Shown piece by piece: positions 17,138-26,260 of a DNA stretch of 44,955 nt (positions are counted from its first letter, which is position 1; the number at the start of each line of letters is the position of its first letter). Below the pieces are notes generated by a model, which saw only the letters and a program-made list of their open reading frames with translations, did not search any database and had not been told where the DNA came from. The stretch is taken from positions 1-44,955 of IMG/VR virus record IMGVR_UViG_3300040971_000022; one strand, 5' to 3'. This stretch comes from a virus. Its lineage: Duplodnaviria; Caudoviricetes. Made by a program: the position numbers and the translations under genes.

Positions 17138-20100
17138 TTATTGACATCCAGGTGGCATAAGAACATTTGGATCGTCTATACAGTTACTATACCAATTAGC
17201 TTCATCAACTAGATGCCCTTGTTCTATACAAGCATCTACTGTCTGGCTCACACACTCCCCGTTACCACTATAAGTTGAGTCGGACTGTGTAATAACTACG
17301 TCTATTGATACACCTGAATTAGTAATTGTAATAGTGCCCTGTCTCCAATTACCTGTAGTATTATTGCTTACAGTTATGCTTAAGGTACCGTTGCCGGAAC
17401 TTGAATAGCTTGAAGCCCCATTTATGAATATCCATGTATCACTTCTAGAAACTGTCCATGACCCGGAAGCTGTTACTGACACACTCTCCCCACTAGTCTG
17501 ACTTGCAGTAAACCCTAAAGATGTTGGAGTCGCCTCAAAAGTAGCTGAACTAGTTGTTGTAGGCATTTTAAGCATTTCAACAACAACAGATGTATTTGCA
17601 GCCCCATACCTAGTTATTTTAACATAATAGGTACTAGATGCACTTAGCCCAGTAATAGGTGTTGTTGTCCAACAAGAATTATTAATGGTTGTTCCCGATG
17701 ATTTTACACCAAAAGCAAATATTGCAGCATTAGTTATTATTAATACTTTTGACTCGTATACTCTATCTTCAGTAGGAGGAGGAAGTTCTAAATACATTTC
17801 GTTATAACCAGAAGAAACTACTTTTAGAAATTCATTTGGAGCGATAGTGATATTATTACTTGATTGAGTAATTGATCTATATCTTTTACTAGGCTCTGCC
17901 CAAAAAGGATCACCAGTTGCTCCTGAGTGTAATACCCTCCCATAGTTTGATGAGGGAAGGCTGTCTACTACTCCACTACTAGCTTTTAATAGTCCTGATA
18001 AAGAAGTTTTTAACCTAGTGTTTCCATCAATAGTTAAATCCCCCGTGGCGTGGATGTTGCCCGCTGATGTTATTTCCGCTAAAAGAGTTTCACTATTATT
18101 AATCTTGGCTAGAAACTGAATGCTAGAAGCTCCATTCGCTTTGATCATCCAATCCCTCCTACCAGTTGTTCCGTAGGTTGAGCCACCTCTATTCAGCTCT
18201 ATATATCTATCACCACCAGCGGATGCAGCCAGTATTCGATGATTGTATGTATTCAACTCACCCGCTGCACGGATCGCCCCGTCCACATCCAACTTATAGC
18301 CTGAGGTGACTGTGGTTTTGCCGATGGCTATGTTGCCACCATTGGCGTGCATAAATAATATGGGTGTATCATCATAATTATAAAATCCGATATGCCTAGT
18401 ATTATCACCGTCTTCTACTTTCCATATATATGATGTAGTGCTTATACCATATTTCCCATACGACAATCTTAAGCTGTGTGTATTTGAATAACCATAAAAT
18501 CTATAAAAATCTCTTACACCCGTCGTCCCATATGAAAGATAAAGATTATTTTGTCCATTTGATATATTGCCAGCAGAAAGTATCGCCCCATTCACATCCA
18601 GCTTGTAGCCTGAGGCTGGACTACTCGTACCAATACCTACGTTGCCATTCCGTAGTATTGCCATTCTCAGTTGAGCATTGGTAGTTGTATCATTATCATC
18701 ACCAGTATAAAATCCTAAACCTTGTTTAGCGTATGCAGCATTATCTATGGGTAATATTGCTGCGCTATATTTTGTATAAGAAAAGTTCTTCCAAACTATA
18801 CCCTCTGTATTCGTATTACTTTGTTTGATTCCTAAATGACCATCATTTATTCTTAGTGCAAATTCGCTAGCAGCTGCTATACTTAACCACTTACTCGTAT
18901 TATCCCAGTACAGCCCTGCATCCTTGCCCATCGTGTTTGTACCGCTCCAGAAGGGTATGTAGCCAGCAGTGCCTTCGCCTAGGTTGCCTGTGTGGTAGAG
19001 TTGTTGCCAAGCATTATGAACTCCATTAGTAGAAGTAGAACTGCGCATCCAAAACCTGCTTGTATAGGGAGTATTAGCAATTTCAAAACCTATTGTATTT
19101 AAAGTTGAATGAGAAAGTTTTATTGCAAAAGCATACTCATTATTTGGTTTAGTGCCCAATACATTTGATGCGTAATAGTAATATCCACTTCTTAATATAT
19201 CTGTATCAATATTATTAGAAGATGTTAAGTTAATTGTTGCGCCCCCCAACCCAAACGCCCCAACTTCCATAACTCCAGTAGTTGCAGTTGAATAGGTTTG
19301 AACATCCTTGGTAGCAGCCGTGCCAAGCCCTAAGCTTGCCCTACCCGTAGCGGCATCTAATCCTGTTGATGTTCCGCTCCATCTTAAATTATTAGTATAA
19401 GCCGTATTCCAATTAGATATGTTGGTTGTTGTGATGGCCTTCACGTGCGAGGGTACGGTAGGGTCAGTCTCAGTGAATGAGGTAAGGTAGCCTGCACTGG
19501 CGTGGTTCCCCCATCCGTAAGCAGTGTCCCAATTAGTCTTATTGTACCCAGCTTTAGCCGTTGTACCCGCAAAAAAGCTATCAGTATTTGCCTTGGTGTA
19601 GTAGTTAGTATTATGATTATGCAAAATATTGCTTATATCACTGCCATCCGTTAAGTTACCAAAGACTACATACTCTAATTCTGTTAAATGTTTATAATTA
19701 CCATCATTTAAACCATCAAGGCTATTATGGGCTATTGCTGCTCCTCTATCTATCCATATATCATCTGTTACATTATATGTCCATTGATGATTAGTATTAC
19801 CATTTTTATCTGTGCCTACTGTTACAGTAGCAGGTTGCATTGCAGCAGATGCATCATATACTATCCTAAATTCACTGTATGTAGAATAATACTGTACTAT
19901 ATCATTATCCCCTAATGTTAAAGAATTACCATCAGAGAATTTATTTATAGTTCCAAAATTAGTGTGAATACTTGCAGCATTAAGTATTATATATCTATCT
20001 CCATTAGAAGGTGTTCCTGGATCAAAAGTACTATCCACAACCATTCTAATAACGCTATCTAGAAAATCTCCAGTAAAAGTTAATACTACCGCCCAAGTAC

Positions 20101-21085
20101 CATCGCTTCTTAAGTATTTACTTTCATTATTATCGTAGGGTAGTTTTATAAGTCTTCCATCAGCATTAGAGGTAACTATACTTGAATTAGCTGTTTCTGC
20201 TAAGGTACTTATTCTAGCATACCCTGTAAGATGTAAATGATCTAAAGGGGTTTCTGTAAATATACCTACTCTATCATTTACACAATCTGAAAGTATGCAA
20301 GTAGAAAATCTTACATTGTTCCCATCCTTTTTAATTAAAGGTAGGGAACTCGTATAAGATTTAATCTCATCTACACTTAGCATACCTGTTAAAGATGCTG
20401 CACTATCTCTAGTAATATTCAAACCATCCTTAGTCCACAGAGCATCTACTTGGTCCTGATCTAAGTGAATATAATCATCTCCTAATCCTGTACCCTGTAT
20501 ATCTGATAGATTATTATGCAATAACCCATCTAAACTAAGAGAATATTTTTTACCTCCTTGCCAACCATCTTCTTCTGTTCTTAAAATAAATTCAGAAGAA
20601 AGAGAAAGTTTTGTAATATTATCAATACTATCTTCAGTAATAGTTTCTACTGCTTCCCCATCCCCATAAAGAGCATTTATTTCTATACCTCTGTATTTCC
20701 AAATAATCCCTTTTTCTATAGGATAAAGTATATCTGGAGCAGACTTATCTAAAAACCTTAGTTGTGACTGACTAAGTAAAAATGCCCCGTTTTTAGTCTT
20801 ATACACATATCCAGGAAGATCTTCTAAAGGGCCTATGTAACTATCCCCCCAAGACCTTTCATTAATATCATATACAGTAATAGTACTACCAGAAATATCC
20901 GTTATTAAATATGTGTACCCCCCATTATCTATAAGCCAGTATCCTATAGCTATATCTAAGGGATCTGCTCCAGGTTCATTAGAATCTAGAGGAAAAACAT
21001 CTACTGTATAATAATAAGGAGTTGCTGTAACTGTTACATTATCTACTATAGTTCTCCAAGCAACCTCTGGAAAATATTCACTCAT
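17138..21085 (-). CDS. Long tail fibre / receptor-binding protein with C-terminal BACON domain, 1315 aa
   Basis: Fibre motifs (HNxL..HL, NWDTAYGWGNH, ARxSLGLGTAAT, GAFGLGG, two GNxxIG...YKLDVxGAI repeats) and a BACON-like PTSLxF...WTV...W...GNGTLSITVSNNT...RQGTITI...ITQ block near the C-terminus. Confidence 0.85.
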   Translation of the reverse strand: MSEYFPEVAWRTIVDNVTVTATPYYYTVDVFPLDSNEPGADPLDIAIGYWLIDNGGYTYLITDISGSTITVYDINERSWGDSYIGPLEDLPGYVYKTKNGAFLLSQSQLRFLDKSAPDILYPIEKGIIWKYRGIEINALYGDGEAVETITEDSIDNITKLSLSSEFILRTEEDGWQGGKKYSLSLDGLLHNNLSDIQGTGLGDDYIHLDQDQVDALWTKDGLNITRDSAASLTGMLSVDEIKSYTSSLPLIKKDGNNVRFSTCILSDCVNDRVGIFTETPLDHLHLTGYARISTLAETANSSIVTSNADGRLIKLPYDNNESKYLRSDGTWAVVLTFTGDFLDSVIRMVVDSTFDPGTPSNGDRYIILNAASIHTNFGTINKFSDGNSLTLGDNDIVQYYSTYSEFRIVYDASAAMQPATVTVGTDKNGNTNHQWTYNVTDDIWIDRGAAIAHNSLDGLNDGNYKHLTELEYVVFGNLTDGSDISNILHNHNTNYYTKANTDSFFAGTTAKAGYNKTNWDTAYGWGNHASAGYLTSFTETDPTVPSHVKAITTTNISNWNTAYTNNLRWSGTSTGLDAATGRASLGLGTAATKDVQTYSTATTGVMEVGAFGLGGATINLTSSNNIDTDILRSGYYYYASNVLGTKPNNEYAFAIKLSHSTLNTIGFEIANTPYTSRFWMRSSTSTNGVHNAWQQLYHTGNLGEGTAGYIPFWSGTNTMGKDAGLYWDNTSKWLSIAAASEFALRINDGHLGIKQSNTNTEGIVWKNFSYTKYSAAILPIDNAAYAKQGLGFYTGDDNDTTTNAQLRMAILRNGNVGIGTSSPASGYKLDVNGAILSAGNISNGQNNLYLSYGTTGVRDFYRFYGYSNTHSLRLSYGKYGISTTSYIWKVEDGDNTRHIGFYNYDDTPILFMHANGGNIAIGKTTVTSGYKLDVDGAIRAAGELNTYNHRILAASAGGDRYIELNRGGSTYGTTGRRDWMIKANGASSIQFLAKINNSETLLAEITSAGNIHATGDLTIDGNTRLKTSLSGLLKASSGVVDSLPSSNYGRVLHSGATGDPFWAEPSKRYRSITQSSNNITIAPNEFLKVVSSGYNEMYLELPPPTEDRVYESKVLIITNAAIFAFGVKSSGTTINNSCWTTTPITGLSASSTYYVKITRYGAANTSVVVEMLKMPTTTSSATFEATPTSLGFTASQTSGESVSVTASGSWTVSRSDTWIFINGASSYSSSGNGTLSITVSNNTTGNWRQGTITITNSGVSIDVVITQSDSTYSGNGECVSQTVDACIEQGHLVDEANWYSNCIDDPNVLMPPGCQ
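18273..18615. repeat. Imperfect 34-bp direct repeat (18273-18306 and 18582-18615) inside the tail fibre gene
   Basis: atcgccccgtccacatccaacttatagcctgagg vs atcgccccattcacatccagcttgtagcctgagg; 30/34 identical, 309 nt apart; encodes SGYKLDV(D/N)GAI. Confidence 0.85.
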
Positions 21086-21086
21086 A

Positions 21087-22559
21087 TTAGAAACTTAATC
21101 TTATTTCTGTAGCATCTGTTGTACCTGCATATGCAGATAAAGTTAACATTGCACCAGTACTATTAGAAGTAGCATTACTATAAGCAGTGTTACCTTCTAG
21201 CTTCTGTTTAGTACCTGTACTAGTAATCCTATATACAGCTATCCCTACAGGAGTTTTACCTATATTATGGGTTATTTCTAAATTGGCTCCATTAGCACTA
21301 AGGCTCCATCCAGTAGGAACAGTTGCTGTAAATCCTAATTTAGTAGCCAAATCTGCTCCTGCAGGAATACTTATTGTATAAGATTTAGCATAAGCCCCCT
21401 CTTCCGTGCTACCTTCAAATAAACTTAATATTTTAGAGGCACTTAGTACATGACTCGCATCTGTTGAAGCATCATCTAACGTAGGTATATCATCTGCCAG
21501 TGTTAAAGTATTTGTGCTCTCATTGTAGACCAGTTCTGCCCCCAGAGCATTAATACCAGGAGTAAAGGCAGTTAAAGCGTTTTCTAATGCTGTAACCTGT
21601 GCACTAGTCATATACCCATCAGTAAGTGTGGTAGCAGCTTGTGAGATTTTAGCTTTCTCTGCAGATGTAAGGTGCAGATAATTACTATTGGAATTCATAC
21701 TAGCAGTGGATAAATCAGTATGAGCTATAGTATGGAATTCTAATCCTAATCCATCTGTATTTACTCTTAAGAATTGTAAGCTGGTACCTAAAGCAGGAAA
21801 ATCTGAAAGACTATGTACACTCTCTCCAGTTATATCTTGTAAGGCTGTAGCTATTAAACTGTGGTTAAAAGTACTATTATGAGTACTAATTAATCCACTA
21901 GCCGTATTTAAGGGGTCATATAATCCAGCATGATTACCCCAATTGTATGCTGTAGTCCAATTAGTAACATTAGTAGAAGTTATTCCTGCAGCAGGTGAGG
22001 CTGAAAATATAGGATCAGTCTCTGTAATAGTTGGTTCTACCCAATCAGATACCTGACTTAAAGTTATACTTATTCCTGTAGATTTATCCCAAGCAGAAAA
22101 CACAGGATCTGTTTCAGCAGGTATATCCGCAAGAGTTATAAAAGCTGAAGTAGTATTATTATACTGAGATAGATCTTTATCTAAGGTAAAAACTCCAGTA
22201 GTATTATTATATGTAAGTGGGGTACCTGCAACAGAGCTTAACCATCCTAATATTGTAAGCTTGCTCAGTCCTCCAGCCTCTAATTCTGCTATAGATGTAG
22301 CTACATAATCTTCTACCCAACTTTTATAAACTAAATGAAAGTTGTCTGTAATACTATACCCACTATTATACTTAACCAGCCCATAAAAAGACCCTCCATA
22401 TGTCCTAGAAACATAATCTGTAGGAAACCCTTCTGTAGGTCTAGTAAGATCATATGAAGATTTAGGAGCAGTATTATCTGGCTCCAACTCATAGTTCTGA
22501 CTAGGAGTAAGTATAGGTTGACTTTTTATGTCATATGAAGGTTTAATTCTACTACTCAT
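21087..22559 (-). CDS. Tail fibre (proximal/second fibre) protein, about 490 aa
   Basis: Two ETDP(V/I)FSA repeats, NWTTAYNWGNH and YLHLT motifs shared with the long fibre. Start placed at ATG 22559, overlapping the upstream stop (ATGAGTAG). Confidence 0.75.
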   Translation of the reverse strand: MSSRIKPSYDIKSQPILTPSQNYELEPDNTAPKSSYDLTRPTEGFPTDYVSRTYGGSFYGLVKYNSGYSITDNFHLVYKSWVEDYVATSIAELEAGGLSKLTILGWLSSVAGTPLTYNNTTGVFTLDKDLSQYNNTTSAFITLADIPAETDPVFSAWDKSTGISITLSQVSDWVEPTITETDPIFSASPAAGITSTNVTNWTTAYNWGNHAGLYDPLNTASGLISTHNSTFNHSLIATALQDITGESVHSLSDFPALGTSLQFLRVNTDGLGLEFHTIAHTDLSTASMNSNSNYLHLTSAEKAKISQAATTLTDGYMTSAQVTALENALTAFTPGINALGAELVYNESTNTLTLADDIPTLDDASTDASHVLSASKILSLFEGSTEEGAYAKSYTISIPAGADLATKLGFTATVPTGWSLSANGANLEITHNIGKTPVGIAVYRITSTGTKQKLEGNTAYSNATSNSTGAMLTLSAYAGTTDATEIRLSF

Positions 22560-22821
22560 AAGGATTAAATGTTCTGAGTAGACCGTTGGCCTCCTCAATG
22601 GTATTATTTATATCATTCTCAGTTATAGCTGTTTTATCTACATCTATATAGTAATAGTATTCTAATACCATAATATAGATGTGTAGAGCCCTAAGCATTT
22701 CTCTCATACGCATAGAAGATTTACCCCCAGCTATCTGCATAGATTGAAAGTACTTATCATAGTTATAGAGTGTCTCTAATACTATAGAATCTAAAGCTAA
22801 TTTTAGTTCTTCTTTAGTCAT
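22552..22821 (-). CDS. Putative tail hub protein B, 89 aa
   Basis: Small helical protein in the position of crAss tail hub genes; function inferred from synteny only. Confidence 0.45.
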   Translation of the reverse strand: MTKEELKLALDSIVLETLYNYDKYFQSMQIAGGKSSMRMREMLRALHIYIMVLEYYYYIDVDKTAITENDINNTIEEANGLLRTFNPYE

Positions 22822-23309
22822 TAGCGCATCCTTTCTAATACTTCTAAATTAGTTTGGTATTGACTAGTAGCCCCTACTGAAGTCGCTAACCTAAGATTAG
22901 TAAGTAATTGTGTTTTCTCCAACATCCAATCTTTCTGCCTAGGGGTAAGGTATACCCTGTAAGATAACAATTCCTTAATAGTCCTATCTGTTATAATAGC
23001 CCCAAAAGCTTCTGTTATAGTACTGGCTTCAAACCCTGCAGATGCCTCTGTAAGAGTAAAAACATATATACCATCTGTAAAAGTTGTATTTGGAGCAGAT
23101 ACTTTAGCTGTAGTTATATTCAACCCATCATCACTATTAAGCTCTGCTAATTCTACTTCACTTAAAGTTATTGTTACATCATCTACATCTGCATCTGGGA
23201 AACTTATAGTAAGTGATACTGTTCCTGTTATAGGAGCTGTTTGGTCTTTATATATGTTAAAAGATGCTGCATCTGCAGCTTCTGCAACATTAAATTTTAC
23301 TTCTGCCAT
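22821..23309 (-). CDS. Putative tail hub protein A, 162 aa
   Basis: Beta-rich N-terminus with FTDGIYVFTL, then a helical C-terminus; synteny. Confidence 0.5.
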   Translation of the reverse strand: MAEVKFNVAEAADAASFNIYKDQTAPITGTVSLTISFPDADVDDVTITLSEVELAELNSDDGLNITTAKVSAPNTTFTDGIYVFTLTEASAGFEASTITEAFGAIITDRTIKELLSYRVYLTPRQKDWMLEKTQLLTNLRLATSVGATSQYQTNLEVLERMR

Positions 23310-23310
23310 A

Positions 23311-23688
23311 TTATAATCCTTTAAATTTCATTAAAAATTCCACTAAACTATCTGGACCAAATGTTATTAAAAGTCCAAAAATAAAAATAATCCATAGAGT
23401 AACTACAAAGGTTCCTACTATAGGATTTTTAAAAAGAGCTCTTAGAAAATTAGTTTCTTTCCCATACCTTTTTAGTTCAGCTTTAACTACTCCAATAGGG
23501 CAAGTTTGAAATTTAGACTCTAGTTCTTTAATGCTGTCCCTATTCTGATCGTGTTTTTTTACGTTGTCCTTTAGTAGGGTTATTACTTCATCCATTTTTG
23601 TGTTCAGGTTTTGAAATTTAAGGTCAATGTTCTTGTCCCTTTCTGCCTGTAGTTGTTCCTGTAATTTAGTATATTCTTCAGGTGTCAT
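23311..23688 (-). CDS. Coiled-coil protein with C-terminal TM helix (holin/antiholin-like), 125 aa
   Basis: Heptad N-terminus and hydrophobic IVGTFVVTLWIIFIFGLLITF. Confidence 0.6.
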   Translation of the reverse strand: MTPEEYTKLQEQLQAERDKNIDLKFQNLNTKMDEVITLLKDNVKKHDQNRDSIKELESKFQTCPIGVVKAELKRYGKETNFLRALFKNPIVGTFVVTLWIIFIFGLLITFGPDSLVEFLMKFKGL

Positions 23689-23748
23689 ATGTATATGTAG
23701 TTTAGTCTATCCATAAGGTGTAAAAATATAAAAATAATAACATAAAAC

Positions 23749-23777
23749 AAAAAAAGGGAAGAACTAAATCTTCCCTT
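23749..23777 (-). terminator. Intrinsic terminator after the auxiliary capsid gene
   Basis: Minus strand AAGGGAAGA-TTTAGT-TCTTCCCTT followed by a T run. Confidence 0.85.
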
Positions 23778-23797
23778 CTATAACATAAACTCACAAT

Positions 23798-25348
23798 CTA
23801 CAAAGGAGTGTTAATTCCATCATAACTTAGCCCACTTCTAAAAGCAAGTTTTAGAGTAAATGGACTAGATACAGTAACACCACTAGCAGCAAAATCTACA
23901 GATTTCTTAAATGTAGCGGTTATAACATCATAGCCTAGACCACCGGTACCAGCAACGGCCTCAGTTCTATTAGCTGTGTATGGGTAATTAGAAGTCCTGT
24001 AGAAAGTTTCATTACCTTGAGCATATTGCTCTAAAGTGGCTACTGCTCTCCAGTTACCGTGTCCCTCATTAGCTTTAACAGCTTTGTATTCAGTTCCAAA
24101 AGAACCAAATGCTCCACCTAATACATCAAAATGTACCATGGTCCACTTATCAGTAACAGGATTAAATGGCTCCATTACACCTGTAAACTTAAGGCCCCAA
24201 GCATTAGTAGCATCAAGAGTAGCAATGCCAATATGGGTAGCTTCAGTTGTACCTGCATATACATATCCAGTAGGTCCTTGCCAAGGCTCATCTAATTCAA
24301 AGGTGGCAGCAGCAGTCGCTGTAGCAGCAGCTACATATTTAACTGAAACAGCGTCACCTGAAGCTATAGTTACTGCAACAGTTGCAGGAGCAGCCGCCAC
24401 ATTACTAAATACTACAGGAGGAAGTCCTCTAAAGTCTTCTTTGTATGTTACAGTCACGGTAGCTCCTGCAGCAGAAGCACTGGCAAAAGCACTAATTGCG
24501 TTGGTACTCAAATTAATAGCAGCTGCCAAAGCAGCAGCATTGTCAGAACCATCAGCAGCAGTATTAGCATCTGCAATATAAACAGCCGCAGTTCCAATGT
24601 GGCAAGTGTGTCCTACAGCATCCAAGCAGTCAAATGTAAATGTTCTTCCATTATAGGAAGGAATACTAATTACATCCCCAGCAGTTACAGAAAAGTCATC
24701 TGCAGTAAAATCTATATCCGCAGCAGCATCTTTAACCCAAGCTGAAACTGTTTTAGACCCATTGGTCAAGTAAACCACATCACCAGAACCACCTAAATCT
24801 GCTACAGAGGTAGTACGTGCAATTCTATCACATAGAATAGCCCTGTAAGGTTCATGTAATGGGCTAAACTGCTTGTAGTGGCTTTCAAACAAATTCTTTG
24901 CCACAGTAGCTTGAAGAGTATCAGTAGCATAAGCACTAATACTTTTCATTAGATTTTGTTGTGAAATAGCTCCAGCAGTATAGGACAAACTAAGTTGTAC
25001 AGAGTAACTATCACCTAAAGTAATAGTACCTAGTCCATTAATAGTAGTTCCGTCATACCCAAGAAAACTTACTTGCTGTGAAGGTTGGGCATATGCTTCA
25101 GCGTTAGCATATACAAGGTCCGCACTAGTAAAAGCAGGAGATCTTAGGATAGTACCGTCAGATAGCTTATTTACAACTTCATATACCTGTCCAGCTACTA
25201 AAGCTCCCTCCTCTACTTCGTTAGAAGCTACTTTAAGAAGTGCGATAGAACCTGCTGGCATAGTGTCTAGATTAGCAGTTGCAGCGTCCGCATAACCATT
25301 TGTTACATTTCCTACAAAAGTGTAGGTTACATTTTTGTCATTAATCAT
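23798..25348 (-). CDS. Auxiliary capsid (decoration) protein with internal insertion, 516 aa
   Basis: Ala/Thr/Gly-rich; QVSFLGYDG, WGLKFTG and GHGNWRAVATLEQYAQG motifs; followed by a strong terminator; position matches the crAss auxiliary capsid gene. Confidence 0.7.
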   Translation of the reverse strand: MINDKNVTYTFVGNVTNGYADAATANLDTMPAGSIALLKVASNEVEEGALVAGQVYEVVNKLSDGTILRSPAFTSADLVYANAEAYAQPSQQVSFLGYDGTTINGLGTITLGDSYSVQLSLSYTAGAISQQNLMKSISAYATDTLQATVAKNLFESHYKQFSPLHEPYRAILCDRIARTTSVADLGGSGDVVYLTNGSKTVSAWVKDAAADIDFTADDFSVTAGDVISIPSYNGRTFTFDCLDAVGHTCHIGTAAVYIADANTAADGSDNAAALAAAINLSTNAISAFASASAAGATVTVTYKEDFRGLPPVVFSNVAAAPATVAVTIASGDAVSVKYVAAATATAAATFELDEPWQGPTGYVYAGTTEATHIGIATLDATNAWGLKFTGVMEPFNPVTDKWTMVHFDVLGGAFGSFGTEYKAVKANEGHGNWRAVATLEQYAQGNETFYRTSNYPYTANRTEAVAGTGGLGYDVITATFKKSVDFAASGVTVSSPFTLKLAFRSGLSYDGINTPL

Positions 25349-25384
25349 TGTTATATTTATTTTAGTTAAACAAAAAATTCATTA

Positions 25385-25540
25385 TTAAGCTACAGCTCCA
25401 GCTGTAATTTCTGTTGCGTACCAGTCTCCAGCAGCATTAAGTAGGTCTATTAGAGGGTCTAAGTCCTTTGCTCTAGCTTTCAATGCTTGCCTCATAGTTT
25501 TGGGTTGAGGAGTACCACTTGTTAATTTACTTAAAGTCAT
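25385..25540 (-). CDS. Small protein, 51 aa, probably structural (not in ORF track)
   Basis: Manual translation MTLSKLTSGTPQPKTMRQALKARAKDLDPLIDLLNAAGDWYATEITAGAVA; fills the gap and shares a 13-bp upstream element with the next gene. Confidence 0.75.
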   Translation of the reverse strand: MTLSKLTSGTPQPKTMRQALKARAKDLDPLIDLLNAAGDWYATEITAGAVA

Positions 25541-25570
25541 TCTTTTTAATATTTAGTTAAACAATATGTA

Positions 25571-26260
25571 TTATTCAGTTCTATCATTATAAGGATGACA
25601 GAATAGTTTTATTTTTACTGTGTGAGAAGCATTGCCTGTAGAAACTCCCACTCTAGCAAACACTTCTGTTCCTTTGGGAAGAGGTGGAACCTGAATAGGT
25701 AAATTACCCTCCTGTGTAAAGTTATTAGTTCTAGATGCAAAAGTTTTACCGTATATAATACTTGCGTCAGAATTACACAATTGTATATTGTAGTATCCAT
25801 TATTATCTATATCTGTTACAGCCACCCAATGTACATCAAATACAGCTGTATTATAAGTTCCTACACTAACAGGTGTGCCATAAGTATAAGCTTCAGCTGC
25901 AGGTGTAAGAGTGACAGGAGCATTCTCTGGTAGGGTAAAACTTTCTCCATGTGCATGATAATAAAGTGCTCTTAAATGGCCTATTACACTAGGGTGAAAT
26001 TCTGAAGTTAATGAATTATATTTACTAAAAGAATTATCCTCTTTACTTCCTATAACATCTGCTATAGTAGCATTAGTATCACTATTCTCCGTTGGTACAG
26101 TTACTGCATTTAATACACCTTCAAAAGTATCTGCTATAAGATTCCAGGCAGAATTAGCCCTATCTACTAGATAGCTAAACCATCTCCCTGTAGGAGTATA
26201 ACTTTCTCCTAGTACTCTTATATTAAATTCCTTATCGTTAAAGTCTTTAATCAGTGTCAT
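25571..26260 (-). CDS. Putative head fibre / virion protein, 229 aa
   Basis: Helical N-terminus, HxH motif (YYHAHG) and a beta-sandwich-like C-terminal domain; located in the structural operon. Confidence 0.5.
   Translation of the reverse strand: MTLIKDFNDKEFNIRVLGESYTPTGRWFSYLVDRANSAWNLIADTFEGVLNAVTVPTENSDTNATIADVIGSKEDNSFSKYNSLTSEFHPSVIGHLRALYYHAHGESFTLPENAPVTLTPAAEAYTYGTPVSVGTYNTAVFDVHWVAVTDIDNNGYYNIQLCNSDASIIYGKTFASRTNNFTQEGNLPIQVPPLPKGTEVFARVGVSTGNASHTVKIKLFCHPYNDRTE

Noticed and set aside
17138-21085. Diversity-generating retroelement or invertible shufflon acting on the tail fibre
   Set aside because: No reverse transcriptase or recombinase in the window. The only repeat seen is a short in-frame direct repeat within the gene, not a TR/VR pair or inverted sites.
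23798-25348. Contractile tail sheath call for the 516-aa protein
   Set aside because: The sheath-like Ala-rich stretch is only an internal domain. There are no tube, baseplate or tape-measure genes, and the context is a short-tailed crAss-type module.
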